Shown piece after piece: positions 36,102 to 47,743 of a stretch of 64,000 nt of DNA; positions within the stretch are counted from its first letter, which is position 1, and each line of letters opens with the position of its first letter. A program made the position numbers and the translations under genes. This DNA is from an uncultured Nitrososphaeraceae archaeon (GTDB lineage: Archaea; Thermoproteota; Nitrososphaeria; Nitrososphaerales; Nitrososphaeraceae), in the NCBI GenBank assembly GCA_963825865.1, contig CAWGVG010000026.1, positions 96,001-160,000 on the forward strand, written 5' to 3'. The notes under the pieces were generated by a model. That model did not search any database, had not been told where the DNA came from, and saw nothing but the letters and a program-made list of their open reading frames with translations.

Positions 36102-37883
36102 ATGGCTATATATGTCAAACCAAAAATTGGATCTTGGAACTTGAGTGACCTTATTAAAGATCCAGCAGGAAATGAATTTCAAGAATTTTTAGAATCTCTT
36201 GAAGAAGATGTAAGGCAACTTGAAAATAAGCGCAAAGACCTTCATGATAATCTTTCGCCAGTAGATTTTGAAAGTATACTCCACTCAATTGAGAAGATAT
36301 CAGAAAATGTCAATATAGCTGGAGGTTATGCTCATTTAAGATATTCAGCTGATACATCCTCCAATGAGGCGGCTGCCCTTGTAACAAAAATGGAAATTTT
36401 AGCATCAGATATAGCCAATAGGTTACTCTTCGTTGATTTATGGTTCAAAAAAGAAATAGATGAAATAAATGCACAACGTTTGATAGAGTCGGTACCTTCT
36501 GACTATAGAGAATATCTTAAACATAAGAGATTACTCGCAAACCACACTTTAACTGAGCCTGAAGAGAAGATCATCAGTACTCTAGAAGTTACTGGAACAA
36601 GTGCCCTTGTCAAGATCTATGATAGAATGACAAGCGGTTTTGAATATGTAGTGACTATTAAAAAAGGTAAGAGAGTAATCAAGAAAATATTTTCCAATAA
36701 AGAAAAGATGCTTTCGCTTATACGTAGCACAAAACCTGAGGAAAGAGAAGCTGCATACATGTCGCTTTTGGAGGTGTACAAAAAAAATAGCGGAGTATTG
36801 GGCGAAATATATCAGAACCTCGTAATTCAATGGCGAGATGAACAAATATCCATGCGTAGATTCAAATCGCCAATTTCTGTTCGAAATCTTTCCAATAACT
36901 TGGACGATGCAACAGTAGAAACACTGCTTTCTGTATGTAGAAGAAACGCGATAGTTTTCCAAGATTATTTTAAAGAAAAAGCAAAGATGCTTGATGTTAA
37001 AAAACTCCAGAGATATCATCTATATGCTCCTTTATCGTTAAAAACATCTGATCAAAAAAAATTTGCTTATACTAAAGCGGCGGATATTGTCCTCAAAACA
37101 TTTGATGATTTCGATCCATTATTCAGAGAATTTGCTGAACGAGTCTTTAATGAACAACATGTGGATTCTGAAATTAGAAATAATAAACAAGGGGGAGCTT
37201 TTTGTTCAACAATATCGCCTAAAAGAACTCCATATGTTTTATTAAATTTTGATGGTAAGTCTAGAGACGTCTCTACAATGGCGCATGAGTTTGGTCATGC
37301 TATACACAGTATGGCAGCTTCCGATAAACCGATAACTGTATTTCATGCCCATCTTCCATTAGCAGAGACTGCGTCAGTATTTGCAGAAATGCTTTTGCAT
37401 GACAAGTTGTCTAAAAGAATTACAAGAAAAGAGCGCAAGATACTACTGGCGGAACAAATAGACGATATGTATGCTACAATAATGCGACAGGCATACTTTA
37501 CTCTCTTTGAAATAAATGCACATCATGCAATTGCAGACCAGAATGCAACAATAGACAAAGTTTCTCAACTGTATCTAAATAATTTGAATGAGCAGTTTGG
37601 TAATTCAGTAATTATCTCTCCAAATTTTCAATGGGAATGGGTTTATATTCCACATTTTTACCATACCCCATTCTATTGCTATGCATATTCATTTGGAAAC
37701 TTGCTAGTATTGTCATTATACCAGCAGTTTAAGATGGAAGGAAAAAAATCTTTTATCTCAAAATATTTTAAAATACTCTCATCTGGAGGTTCACGAAAAC
37801 CTGAAGAGTTGCTTAAGGAAGCGGGAGTTGATATTTCAAAAGATGAATTCTGGCAACGAGGGTTTGAATTTAGTTGCAAATAA
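36102..37883 (+). CDS. pepF: oligoendopeptidase F (M3B)
   Basis: KQGGAFC, TMAHEFGHAIH, LAETASVFAE, HFYHTPFYCYAY. Confidence 0.93.
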   Translation: MAIYVKPKIGSWNLSDLIKDPAGNEFQEFLESLEEDVRQLENKRKDLHDNLSPVDFESILHSIEKISENVNIAGGYAHLRYSADTSSNEAAALVTKMEILASDIANRLLFVDLWFKKEIDEINAQRLIESVPSDYREYLKHKRLLANHTLTEPEEKIISTLEVTGTSALVKIYDRMTSGFEYVVTIKKGKRVIKKIFSNKEKMLSLIRSTKPEEREAAYMSLLEVYKKNSGVLGEIYQNLVIQWRDEQISMRRFKSPISVRNLSNNLDDATVETLLSVCRRNAIVFQDYFKEKAKMLDVKKLQRYHLYAPLSLKTSDQKKFAYTKAADIVLKTFDDFDPLFREFAERVFNEQHVDSEIRNNKQGGAFCSTISPKRTPYVLLNFDGKSRDVSTMAHEFGHAIHSMAASDKPITVFHAHLPLAETASVFAEMLLHDKLSKRITRKERKILLAEQIDDMYATIMRQAYFTLFEINAHHAIADQNATIDKVSQLYLNNLNEQFGNSVIISPNFQWEWVYIPHFYHTPFYCYAYSFGNLLVLSLYQQFKMEGKKSFISKYFKILSSGGSRKPEELLKEAGVDISKDEFWQRGFEFSCK

Positions 37884-38018
37884 AATACAAGAGTTAAAAG
37901 AGATGAATTAGCTATCTTGAAGTTGGGATAGAAAAGTCGAATGTATTTTATAAGCGAGCATTTAACAAAAATATTTTGCAGATATAAAACCCTTTTTAAT
38001 TAATATATTAACTCAAAT

Positions 38019-39369
38019 TCAAGAGGGAACTATTCTATATATGGTTCCACTATATGTAAGAACATATAGATATCCATCATCAGGCCCAACTTGTATATCT
38101 GTAATAACGCCAAATCCACTTCCAAATACATTATTATCTTGAAGTTCATCTGGGGTATTTGCAACCTTATCTGAAAGCAGGCCAGTAAGATCTAATCCTG
38201 TTCTCTCCTGGTCTAATTTAAAATTGAATAGATTGCCGGTGTTGACGTCTCCTACAAACATACTATTTTCATATTGTTTGCCCAATTTATCAGAATTAAG
38301 GAACTTGAGTGCGGTAGGGCCATCAGTTTGTAGCCATGTAAACTCTGGAGATTTGTATTTGGCTTTGTTTCCAAAGTCTACCAGGTTATCAGGAGATTGA
38401 AAAATAGGTCCAGGGGACCCTCCACGAGCTTGCCACAGGCCCTGCACCTGCTGCCACCCACTATTGAATCCCGGTTCTACAAGGTTAATTTCATCCCCAT
38501 AAGTTGCTCCATTTTCTGTATCCCACAGTTTACCAGTTGCAGGATCAAAGTCCATACCAAAACTGTTGCGTATTCCATAAGCATAGTATTTATTTAAAAT
38601 GGGGTCTTCATCATTACCCAGGGGGCTATTTGGTACTACTGCATCACCATCCTGTGTAACTCTAAGAATACCACTTGTACCATCAAGGGGGGTTCCATCT
38701 TTTACATTTTGGGCTTGACCTTTGTGACCTCCAACGTCGCCAATACCAACATACACGTTGCTATCCGGACCAATCACGACTTTGCCGCCAACGTGATTAT
38801 TTTCAGCAGGAGGAGATGGATCAGGTGAAGTCGCTGGAAGGATTAAAAGTAATTTCGGGTTGATAAGCTGGTTATCTACCAGTTCGTATCGGTAAAGATG
38901 GTTAACCATGGATTGTGTATTATTTTCTTCCGTTACTCCGCTACCTTCTCCACCATTATTACTCTCAGGCTCAGTATAATACAAGAATACATAGGTAACA
39001 GGACGTTCATGTGATTTTTCATTCTTCGCAACAGCAATTCCTAGCATACCCCATTCTACTTGCTCTCCAACATTCACATGAAGTAGAGGCTGAGGGAGCA
39101 TTTGTCCATTTACAATTCTCTGTACTGTACCAGAATCTTTCTGTAAAACCAGAATATCGTTAGTACCCTAAAAATGCCATGCTTGTAGCGAGTCGAAGTC
39201 CTGTAAAGACCACCTCTGCTTTTAGATTGGGATCATTGATAGTTGGGCCTTGAGCAGATGGGATAGCCTTGGTATAAGCAGCATAAGCAAAATAATTTCC
39301 AGCTTGTATAAAAGAAGTCATGACGAGTGTTGTAACAATTAGAATCAATGTAGAATGTAAGAACAGCAC
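38019..39369 (-). CDS. PQQ-dependent glucose/sorbosone dehydrogenase family, paralog 2 (frameshift)
   Basis: HVGGKV, YAYGIRNSFGMDFDP, LWDTENG. Confidence 0.9.
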
Positions 39370-39554
39370 GCATATTATCTTCGTAGCCTTACCTATTTAT
39401 AATATTCGCAACATTAGTATCTATAATGCTTACTAATTATAATCCTATTAATAAATTAGAATGTTATTATAGTAGCATACAAGAGTTTTTCTTCTCACAA
39501 TCAAGCATAGTTTCATTACATTTAACTGGTTATAATTTCCTAGCGTATTAGAGA

Positions 39555-40224
39555 TTACTGGCCTTTTTGGAATATTTTTACACATTGTGGAGGACATACA
39601 TTTTCACAGGCCATGCAGAATATACAATCTTTTTCTCTAATCATAAATGGTTTCTTTTCCGATGCTGGATGTCCCGGTGTATCTAACCACTCATATACAT
39701 TTACTGGACAGGCTTCAATGCATGCACCATCTGCTACACATATGTCAAAATCTACACATACTTCTGTACCCCATATACCTAACTGACCCGGTGGATTTAT
39801 TGGACCCCATACTTTTATGTCCTTAAAGGTGCCTGTTACCTGCCTCTTTGACTTGAAATTTTGATCAATAGGACCATCAACCTTTGAATAATCGGTACCA
39901 GTTCCAGTAAGAGAAATAGTTGTATTATCGCCACTACCGCTACTACCACTACTGGCACCTGCCGCAAGTGAGGGAGCAGCCGGTTGCGCTCGCAACAGCT
40001 GGAGGGGAAGGAGCTGTCGCAATTGATGTTGTGACGGATGGTTTTTGAACCGATGCCGCTTGTTTTGGTGTAGCCGGGACAGCCTGCGCAGCCATTGATT
40101 TCTGTCTTGTGACTATACATAATTGTTTATGAACATCCTTCATACTTTCGAGTGTATTTTGATTACTATGTAGCAGAAGACATCCACAATCTTGGCAAAC
40201 ATATTCATTTAAAGTTGAAGACAT
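39555..40224 (-). CDS. dicluster (7Fe-type) ferredoxin with N-terminal zinc-finger-like domain and Ala/Pro/Ser linker (frameshift)
   Basis: [12 protein letters not shown] and [12 protein letters not shown]; N-term CQDC...H...C. Confidence 0.88.
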
Positions 40225-40618
40225 AAGATATTATTAACATCCAGTTATTTATCAATTTTTTGTATAAAAAATGCTGTTTCGAGCAAGTATAAATGCCCTA
40301 ACATACAATGAGATTCTGTTTAGAGAAGAAATTATATGATATATTAATAATGTACACAAATTGACAAAATGCCGCTGATGATATCTATCATTGAAAAACA
40401 TTGCAATTCCTTATCTAGGAGAAAAGCTGACTCGAAAGAAAGAGTGGTTGAAATTATTAGAGGAAATCCTCTAAAAAATCAGCACTTAATATTTAGAATC
40501 AAGACACCAAGATTGTTTGTATTTATGGCTAATAATACTGATAATAAATTTAAAGACAATACAATTAACAAAAAGGTCCTCGTATAATAATCGACTCTTA
40601 CAACTTGGTGGTTAAAAC

Positions 40619-41320
40619 TTGTCAGGCCTGGGTCTGAGATACTGGTGGGAAGTAATAGAAGTGCTACGCCTCGTAATTCCAGTTTACGATAAAGTAAACA
40701 ATGCAATTTCTTTAGGTAAGGATTCCCAATTTCGTCTGCATGGCATTCAGGGCCGTATTTTTTCTGGTAACACGATACTAGATGCCGGTTCCGGTTATGG
40801 AAATATGTCTCGTGTTGCGCTGGGCGAAGCAAAAGGTGACGCGAAGATCATCATGTACGATCCAATACCAGAGATGCTTGCCAATATAAATAAACTTTTT
40901 GGGTCTAACGTACCAGGATATCTATCCTCCGGAGTTTTTGAATATATGCCATTTCAACAGAACACTTTCGACGTTGTAATGTGTGGTTATTCACTGCGTG
41001 ATGCAATTGAACTTAAGCAAGCAATTGCAGAAATGCATAGGGTGTTAAAACAAGGAGGAAGATTAATTATTGTTGATCTTGGCAAGCCAGATAACCTTGT
41101 TCTTAGAGCATTTGTTTCATTTTACTTAAGGTATATACTCGGAATAGTTGCTTTTATGGTGGCGGGAAAAGTAGGACTACAATTCAAAACACTTTACGGC
41201 ACTTACAGGAGATGGCCAAAAAACTCTGGTCTTTATACACTGCTCAATGAAAAATTTTCGAAGGTAGTATTTCACAAAATGATGATGGGTGGCGCCATTA
41301 TTGTTGTCGCATATAAATAG
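40619..41320 (+). CDS. UbiE/MenG-like SAM-dependent methyltransferase
   Basis: YDKVNNAISLG, LDAGSGYG, EMHRVLKQGG. Confidence 0.85.
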   Translation: MSGLGLRYWWEVIEVLRLVIPVYDKVNNAISLGKDSQFRLHGIQGRIFSGNTILDAGSGYGNMSRVALGEAKGDAKIIMYDPIPEMLANINKLFGSNVPGYLSSGVFEYMPFQQNTFDVVMCGYSLRDAIELKQAIAEMHRVLKQGGRLIIVDLGKPDNLVLRAFVSFYLRYILGIVAFMVAGKVGLQFKTLYGTYRRWPKNSGLYTLLNEKFSKVVFHKMMMGGAIIVVAYK

Positions 41321-41676
41321 CATTACAACTAAAAGAAATTGGCTAGTAGGGGCAGTTAGTTGGTATCGTCAAATCCTAAAGATAGGATATTTTCGATGTA
41401 CTTATAAAAAAAGGATGCTCCTTCGCGCCTGGCAGCTGACAAAAGAGATGCGGCTATATTTAGGAGCTAGAGAAATCAGTAATAAACCCATTTTGTATAT
41501 ATATCTATATATATTATATGTGGATAATTTAAAAATCGATAGGCTAAGAGAAAGCATCACTCCCCAACAAATCGCGCCTTACAATCTTGCACTTATTACA
41601 ATATTGACAAAAGATAATTCAATACTCAAAATATTTTGTCAGTCACAAACTTAAGGATTTTCCAAACAATCAAAGA

Positions 41677-41952
41677 ATGAATTGGTTCAAAGATAGTAAC
41701 GGACACATTTTAGAATCTAAAAACAGGATGCATAGGCTGTTGTATTGTCCACTATGTCAAAAACTAATATTCAAAGCAAACTGTCAAAAATTAAGGCAAG
41801 ACAAACGGGGAAATCTCTATAAAGTCAAACGTTATCATTATGATAAATTATCCAAGCTAGAACGTGCAGAAATTAAAGAACAAAGAGAAGGAAAAAGATT
41901 GCAGGAATTACCCAGTATTGAATTGAGCAAAATAATAAGGCATATTCTTTAA
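41677..41952 (+). CDS. hypothetical protein
   Basis: 91-aa ORF with YCPLC. Confidence 0.45.
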   Translation: MNWFKDSNGHILESKNRMHRLLYCPLCQKLIFKANCQKLRQDKRGNLYKVKRYHYDKLSKLERAEIKEQREGKRLQELPSIELSKIIRHIL

Positions 41953-42239
41953 AGCACATCTGTCTGTCTTTCTATCTATATCTATTTTCTTACACAATAA
42001 AGTATGAATGAAGTTTGCATGTATGATATCCTTTAAGCGATTACACTAATTAAAATAATATTTTATCTGTTTACCTAATAGAGAACAAAAAAATAGTAGA
42101 GAATAGTTTTAGCAAAGGACGCTATCTGATTCAAAATAAAGCAATGTTGGGTAAAAGAATGTGCTTTTTTTATGGACAAGCTATTTAGTATATATTTGGT
42201 TGATGTAATGACATTGACTAGGTAAAAGGATCACGACTG

Positions 42240-43159
42240 ATATTCTTAATGTTGAGCTACATTGTCATAATATTTTTTCTAATTATCGGAACGGATCATC
42301 CCGTATTCCATTTGACTGTGGTGTCAGTATAGAAGAGCAATTAGAGATGGCTTTGAAGAGAAAAATTGATGTGCTATTCGTCACCAATCATAATACTCTC
42401 GATGGTTACCGGCAGGTGCTTGACTATCAAAAGGACCATTACAAATTAAGGAACATCAAAATTTACCCGGCGGAAGAAATTACGATAGATAACCAAGGCC
42501 ATGTCCTTGCATATGGTATTACTGAACAAATAAAATCTGGAATGACGCTCGAAGAGACTTTGGATGAGATAAAATGTCAAAATGCTATTTCTTGTGCAGC
42601 TCACCCATTTGCAGTTACTAATGGCATACGCGAAATGGCATCAAAGTGTAATATGATAGAGTCATTTAACAGCAACAATGTCGATCTTTTTTCAAACGTT
42701 GTAGCAGAAATTTTTGCAAAATATAATAATATACCAACGGTTGCAGGTAGCGATTCCCATATTGTACCAACCATTGGTAGATGTATTAACACTATCGAGT
42801 CAGAATGTAGCCTCGATTCAATTTTGCAAAGTATGCGTCGTGGTAAAGTTAGGATTGCTAGCGCAAATTATGCCTCAAAAGATGAGCTTTATCAACATGC
42901 ACACTACATACTCTCTAATTCTAAAGATTTACTCCTTTGCTACGCTTTGGAGCATCACCCGCGAGCTTATTGGGCTCTAAAATGGGCTCTGAACTCTTAT
43001 TCAACAAATCCTTATAGAAGATTTTGGAAAGCCCTTGGAACATTCACACTATACCTGACAAAAAGAGCTTCTGAAAAGGTCAATGTCAAAGGCTACAATC
43101 CACATGTTTTTGAACAAAGATCTTGGCGGACATTAATTTCCATGAGCCTTGTTCCGTAG
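42240..43159 (+). CDS. PHP-domain metal-dependent phosphoesterase (start approximate)
   Basis: ELHCH upstream in frame, TNHN, AEEI, AAHP, GSDSH. Confidence 0.88.
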
Positions 43160-43310
43160 GTTTTCTACTTGTTTAATCCTATTCCTTCTATCATGGAAAA
43201 GCCATTTTGTCACTAAAATTATTCCAAAAATCGGAAAACTTGCTATAAATAAGTACGGAAAAATAGCAACGTATATCGAAGGATCAAATATGCTCACTAG
43301 TAATCAACAC

Positions 43311-43553
43311 CTAAACAATTTCTGCTGTAGCGAAAGTGCTTCCTATCTGTGTTATCTTGACCCTGACGCTCTGTCCTACTTGTCCATTCTTTACAAAGAC
43401 TACAAATCCTTGTATCCTTGCAATACCGTCTCCTTTTCTACTGATTTCTGTAATCTGTACCTCATATTCTTTCCCTGTTTCAACAGGTTTTGGATCGGAA
43501 TCTCTATTTAGACTACCAGTCCTTCTTTGTTCATAACTCATATATAAGTTCAA
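43311..43553 (-). CDS. TRAM-domain RNA-binding protein
   Basis: KPVETGKEYEVQITEISRKGDGIARIQGFVVFV. Confidence 0.9.
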   Translation of the reverse strand: MNLYMSYEQRRTGSLNRDSDPKPVETGKEYEVQITEISRKGDGIARIQGFVVFVKNGQVGQSVRVKITQIGSTFATAEIV

Positions 43554-43892
43554 AAATGTTGGCTGGTCATTCCCAATATAAACTCTGAATAATTTTGATT
43601 ATTATTATTATTAGTCGCTGCTTTATAAGTTATATATACATGCGCAAGTATATGATGATGATGGCGACTTATTTGACTCACTCTCTCTCTTAATGCTCAT
43701 TAATAAATGAATAGGAAAACAGGAAGTTCCAGTTATTGTTATAATATATGAGCTCTTTAAGATAAAAGCGACATTGTGTTGCTGTAGTAATTAAATGACT
43801 AATAAATACTTGTAAATAATTTAAACTAAAAAACTAAGAATAAAATTGAAATTTGAAGTACAGAAGCATTATAGACAAACATTATAGTCTAC

Positions 43893-44382
43893 AGGGGGGT
43901 GTTCGATGGCAACACCGAACGATCAAGAACGTCGCCTCGCACAAGCGCGACTGGTAGTAACCGTGGGGTTCTTGAGGAATCATTCAAAACTACAAAGGTT
44001 GTGATGGACAGACGAACGTTCGACGTTGGAGAGGGAGATAACCATCAATTTCACGTGTCATGTTTTTGTACTTTTCTCATGATGTTTGAGAAAAGGCGGC
44101 GGCCAAGGGAAAAACGACGTTTACCTTTGTCACCGACGGTATCGAAAGTGCCCTTAAACAAACAAAAGCAGCCGCAGGTGACAAAAATGTCATTATGATG
44201 GGCGGCGCGAATACCGCTCAGCAGTATATAAAGGCTAGACTTGAATACAGATTCACCTCGCGCCCGTATTACTCGATGGGGGCATCGGATTGTTAGAGCA
44301 TATAGGCAATGAGCACTTTGGACGGGAAAGAACTAGGGTGATAGAGTCCCCTGGTGTAACATATCTTAGATTCGCTTCGTAA
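43893..44382 (+). pseudogene. dihydrofolate reductase/RibD C-terminal family, degraded
   Basis: VVMDRRTFD, TFTFVTDGIESALKQ.KAAAGDKNV..MGGANTAQQY, HLAPVLL; stops, shifts, no N-terminus. Confidence 0.75.
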
Positions 44383-44562
44383 GTAAGATACATAAAAGGA
44401 AGTTGCCACCAAAGAAAAGATTGCAGACATACCATGACATGATTCGATCTGCCTCAAGGTTAACCAGAGCGTCCTCTAGGCTATTATCGTAGTGGTGGAT
44501 GTCACGCGAAAACTTGCATTATCTTAATGGACTAACAGGGGATGCAATCTATACCTATGGTA

Positions 44563-44709
44563 TGGTGCGGGAGGTGGGATTTGAACCCACGAATCCCTAA
44601 GGAACAGGGTTATAGGAGCCCTTTTTTATTTTCCTGACTCATTCTAAGCTTCGCACTCTATTTCTATAATCAGAGACCTGCGCCGTTGGCCAGGCTTGGC
44701 AACCCCCGC
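44563..44709 (-). tRNA. tRNA-Leu(UAG) with two introns, CCA encoded
   Basis: Acceptor GCGGGGG/CTCCCGC-ACCA, GGTTCAAATCC T-arm, long variable arm; introns 44650-44676 and ~44610-44641 with BHB-like folds. Confidence 0.88.
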
Positions 44710-45330
44710 AAGTTATCATTCTGCATAATCAATAGCCAAATTTATCTTTATAAACAAACAGTCAGGAAGCCTTCAATAACATACACAATAACATAGCTGA
44801 AAGATATACGAAAGTTTTTGTCGAGCTATTTCGAAATAGAAATGGGATAGCCGGGGTATACGAACGAAGTAGAAATAATAATAATAATAATGATGCAGTA
44901 GATTTATGACTTTTCAATATTCATGATTATGTATAGAGTTATCGAAATGGAATATAATAAATACTCATTACAATGTTCATTGTTTGACAAAATGCTATTC
45001 AAATCAGACACAGTAAGAGCGCACATTTTTCCATATTGTCATTATTATTCCGCAAAGATAAGAAAGTACAGAAGAATAGACGATGGCTATAGTGCCATCA
45101 CAATAATCGCCCATGAAAGTTTTAAAAGATCTGTTTATGTATTTACAATCTATCTTCGGAATATTGGGAAGTTAAGCCTATGAATATAATGAAAGTAAAA
45201 GTTACAAACTATATTCACAGCAGTAGTAGTAGTGGCAGAATGTTGTTGTTTTCACTTGCCAACATCCAACCTTGTCTGAGGGCATGTATTTCTGCTCTTC
45301 CTATTTTTCACTCAAGATAATGTAGATAAA

Positions 45331-46725
45331 ATGCAACAAAAAGATAAGCCACGCCTATTTGGAACTAATGGTGTTAGGGGAATATTTGGAGAGGAGATTA
45401 CAATTGATCTGCTTATCAATCTTTCATACTCACTTGCAACTTACTTTAACAAAGGACCAATTATCGTAGGATATGATGGAAGAAAGTCAAGTCCAATTAT
45501 ATCAAAATTGGTTCGTTCTGTAATAAACTCTGCAGGACTAGATGTGGGAAACGCAAGACTTATCCCTACTCCTTGCCTGCAATATGCAACAAAGTATCTT
45601 GGTTACAATGGCGGGATAATGATAACTGCATCACACAATCCTCATGACTACAATGGAATTAAGCCTATTGCTCCTGACGGAGTGGAAATTTCGAGAGAAG
45701 ACGAATTAAGAGTTGAAGGCATTTATTATGCAAATAAATTTCCCAAATTTGATGGCTTTGGTCAAGATCATGTCAATGAATTCATAATCGATTCTTATGG
45801 AGATGCAGTATTGGCTCTAGTAGATGTTGAAAAAATAAGAGCGAAAGAGTTCAAAGTCGTTATGGATACAGGAAATGGTGCTCAAGCGACTGTTGCTCCG
45901 TTCTTGGCACAAAAACTTGGATGTAAGGTTATTACAATAAATGGTAATGTCGATGGCAACTTCCCAGGCCGTGGACCAGAACCAAATACGCAGAACCTCC
46001 ACCTCCTTTCTAGTATGGTAAAGGATGCAAAGGCTGATTTTGGAGTAGCTTATGATGGTGATGGCGACCGTAGCATATTCTGCGATGAAAAGGGAACAGT
46101 CCATTGGGGCGATAAGACAGGAGCATTACTTGTCAGACATTTGCTAAAAACGAGGCATAAAGGTGCAGAAGTTATTTGTCCAATAAATACAACAATGGCA
46201 GTTTCATTAGTGGCACAAGATGAAGGTTCGAAAGTAATCTATACGAAAGTTGGAAGCGTTGAAGTATCGAGGGAGATGGTATGGCGTAAATCAATCATTG
46301 GGTTAGAAGAGAATGGTGGATTCATGTATGGAAAATTAAATAAAGTCAGAGATGGTGTAATGACGACAGCCCTTGTATTGGATATGCTGGCATCACCAAC
46401 AACAACAACAACAAATAAACAACCAACATTCTCAGAGATGATCTCTTCGTTAACGAAAATATTTCAATACAAAACAAAGTTTGAATGTCCTACAAAGCAA
46501 GTGGCCGACGATATAGTTAATGTGTGCTTGAACCATGGCAGTCCTCAGATGATTGAAACTTTAGATGGCGTCAAAATTTGGATAGATGACGAAACATGGA
46601 TAATGGTAAGACGCAGTGGAACTGAGCCCTTGGTCAGAATGTATGCAGAATCTACGGACAAATCTCTGTTGAATTCAAAGGTTGAAGAGTATAGCGCATT
46701 AATTAAAAGCAGACTAGCTAGATAA
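45331..46725 (+). CDS. glmM: phosphoglucosamine mutase / phosphohexomutase
   Basis: LFGTNGVRG, ITASHNP, DGDGDR, GLEENGG, RRSGTEP. Confidence 0.88.
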   Translation: MQQKDKPRLFGTNGVRGIFGEEITIDLLINLSYSLATYFNKGPIIVGYDGRKSSPIISKLVRSVINSAGLDVGNARLIPTPCLQYATKYLGYNGGIMITASHNPHDYNGIKPIAPDGVEISREDELRVEGIYYANKFPKFDGFGQDHVNEFIIDSYGDAVLALVDVEKIRAKEFKVVMDTGNGAQATVAPFLAQKLGCKVITINGNVDGNFPGRGPEPNTQNLHLLSSMVKDAKADFGVAYDGDGDRSIFCDEKGTVHWGDKTGALLVRHLLKTRHKGAEVICPINTTMAVSLVAQDEGSKVIYTKVGSVEVSREMVWRKSIIGLEENGGFMYGKLNKVRDGVMTTALVLDMLASPTTTTTNKQPTFSEMISSLTKIFQYKTKFECPTKQVADDIVNVCLNHGSPQMIETLDGVKIWIDDETWIMVRRSGTEPLVRMYAESTDKSLLNSKVEEYSALIKSRLAR

Positions 46726-46848
46726 TACATAGAGAAAAAAGAGAGAGAGAATATTCACACACAAATCTATAGACAACACTTTTAAAACGCCTGTTATTCT
46801 CTTACACAAGTATCAAGAAGATGATCCCAATGGGTGACAGGATAAACT

Positions 46849-47235
46849 ATGAGTAATAAACCATATTATGTGAAGTTTGAAACTCCTAAAGACCTTGTAA
46901 ATGCTGTTTATGAAGCCGTACGTTTAGCCAAGCAGAGTGGCAAAGTAAGGAAAGGTACTAACGAAACTACAAAAGCAATTGAGCGTGGTTCGAGTAGACT
47001 AGTTGTAATAGCTGAAGATGTAGAACCACCAGAGGTAGTAGCGCATTTGCCTATCCTTTGTGAAGAGAGAAATTCAGCATATGTGTTTGTGCCAAGCAAA
47101 CAACAGCTCGGAGTATCTCTTGGTATAGATGTAGGTTCTGCAGCTGCAACAATTCTGGATGCGGGCGAAGCTCAGCATATTGTTGATCAAGTAGTTGATT
47201 CAATTAAAAACATGAAAGGCAATAGTAAGGAGTAA
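46849..47235 (+). CDS. rpl7ae: 50S ribosomal protein L7Ae
   Basis: [27 protein letters not shown]. Confidence 0.97.
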   Translation: MSNKPYYVKFETPKDLVNAVYEAVRLAKQSGKVRKGTNETTKAIERGSSRLVVIAEDVEPPEVVAHLPILCEERNSAYVFVPSKQQLGVSLGIDVGSAAATILDAGEAQHIVDQVVDSIKNMKGNSKE

Positions 47236-47243
47236 CATTAGAG

Positions 47244-47462
47244 ATGAGTAAGGCATCTGCTGAAGAGAAGGTTATTCCTGCAGAGGTTATCCAGATTGTA
47301 GGTAGAACAGGAATAGCAGGAGAGGTTATTCAGGTTAGAGTTAAAGTCTTGGAAGGAAAAGACAAAGGTCGTATTTTAACTAGAAACGTCAAGGGTTCAA
47401 TTAGGTTGAATGATATATTGATGCTTAGAGAAACGGAACGCGAAGCTCGCAAGATAAAGTAA
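47244..47462 (+). CDS. rps28e: 30S ribosomal protein S28e
   Basis: [12 protein letters not shown]...RNVKG...ETEREAR. Confidence 0.97.
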   Translation: MSKASAEEKVIPAEVIQIVGRTGIAGEVIQVRVKVLEGKDKGRILTRNVKGSIRLNDILMLRETEREARKIK

Positions 47463-47495
47463 TCCAACTATGAACAATGGAGATAATTGTAATAT

Positions 47496-47708
47496 ATGAG
47501 TAAAACAGCAACATCTCTACGTAACTGCTCGTTTTGCGGAAGGCATGTTGCCACAGGCCAAGGAATAATGCTTGTCAAAAATGATGGCTCGATTCAATGG
47601 ACTTGTTCTTCTAAATGCAAGAAGAATTTGCGCAAGTTGAAACGAGATCCAAGAAAATTAAAATGGACTAGTAAGTACGTAAAAGGCGGCATCAAGGTAA
47701 AGAAATAA
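47496..47708 (+). CDS. rpl24e: 50S ribosomal protein L24e
   Basis: CSFCG...CSSKC...PRKLKWT. Confidence 0.96.
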   Translation: MSKTATSLRNCSFCGRHVATGQGIMLVKNDGSIQWTCSSKCKKNLRKLKRDPRKLKWTSKYVKGGIKVKK

Positions 47709-47743
47709 CAAACAACAGGAACATATTATTATTATGATTATAA

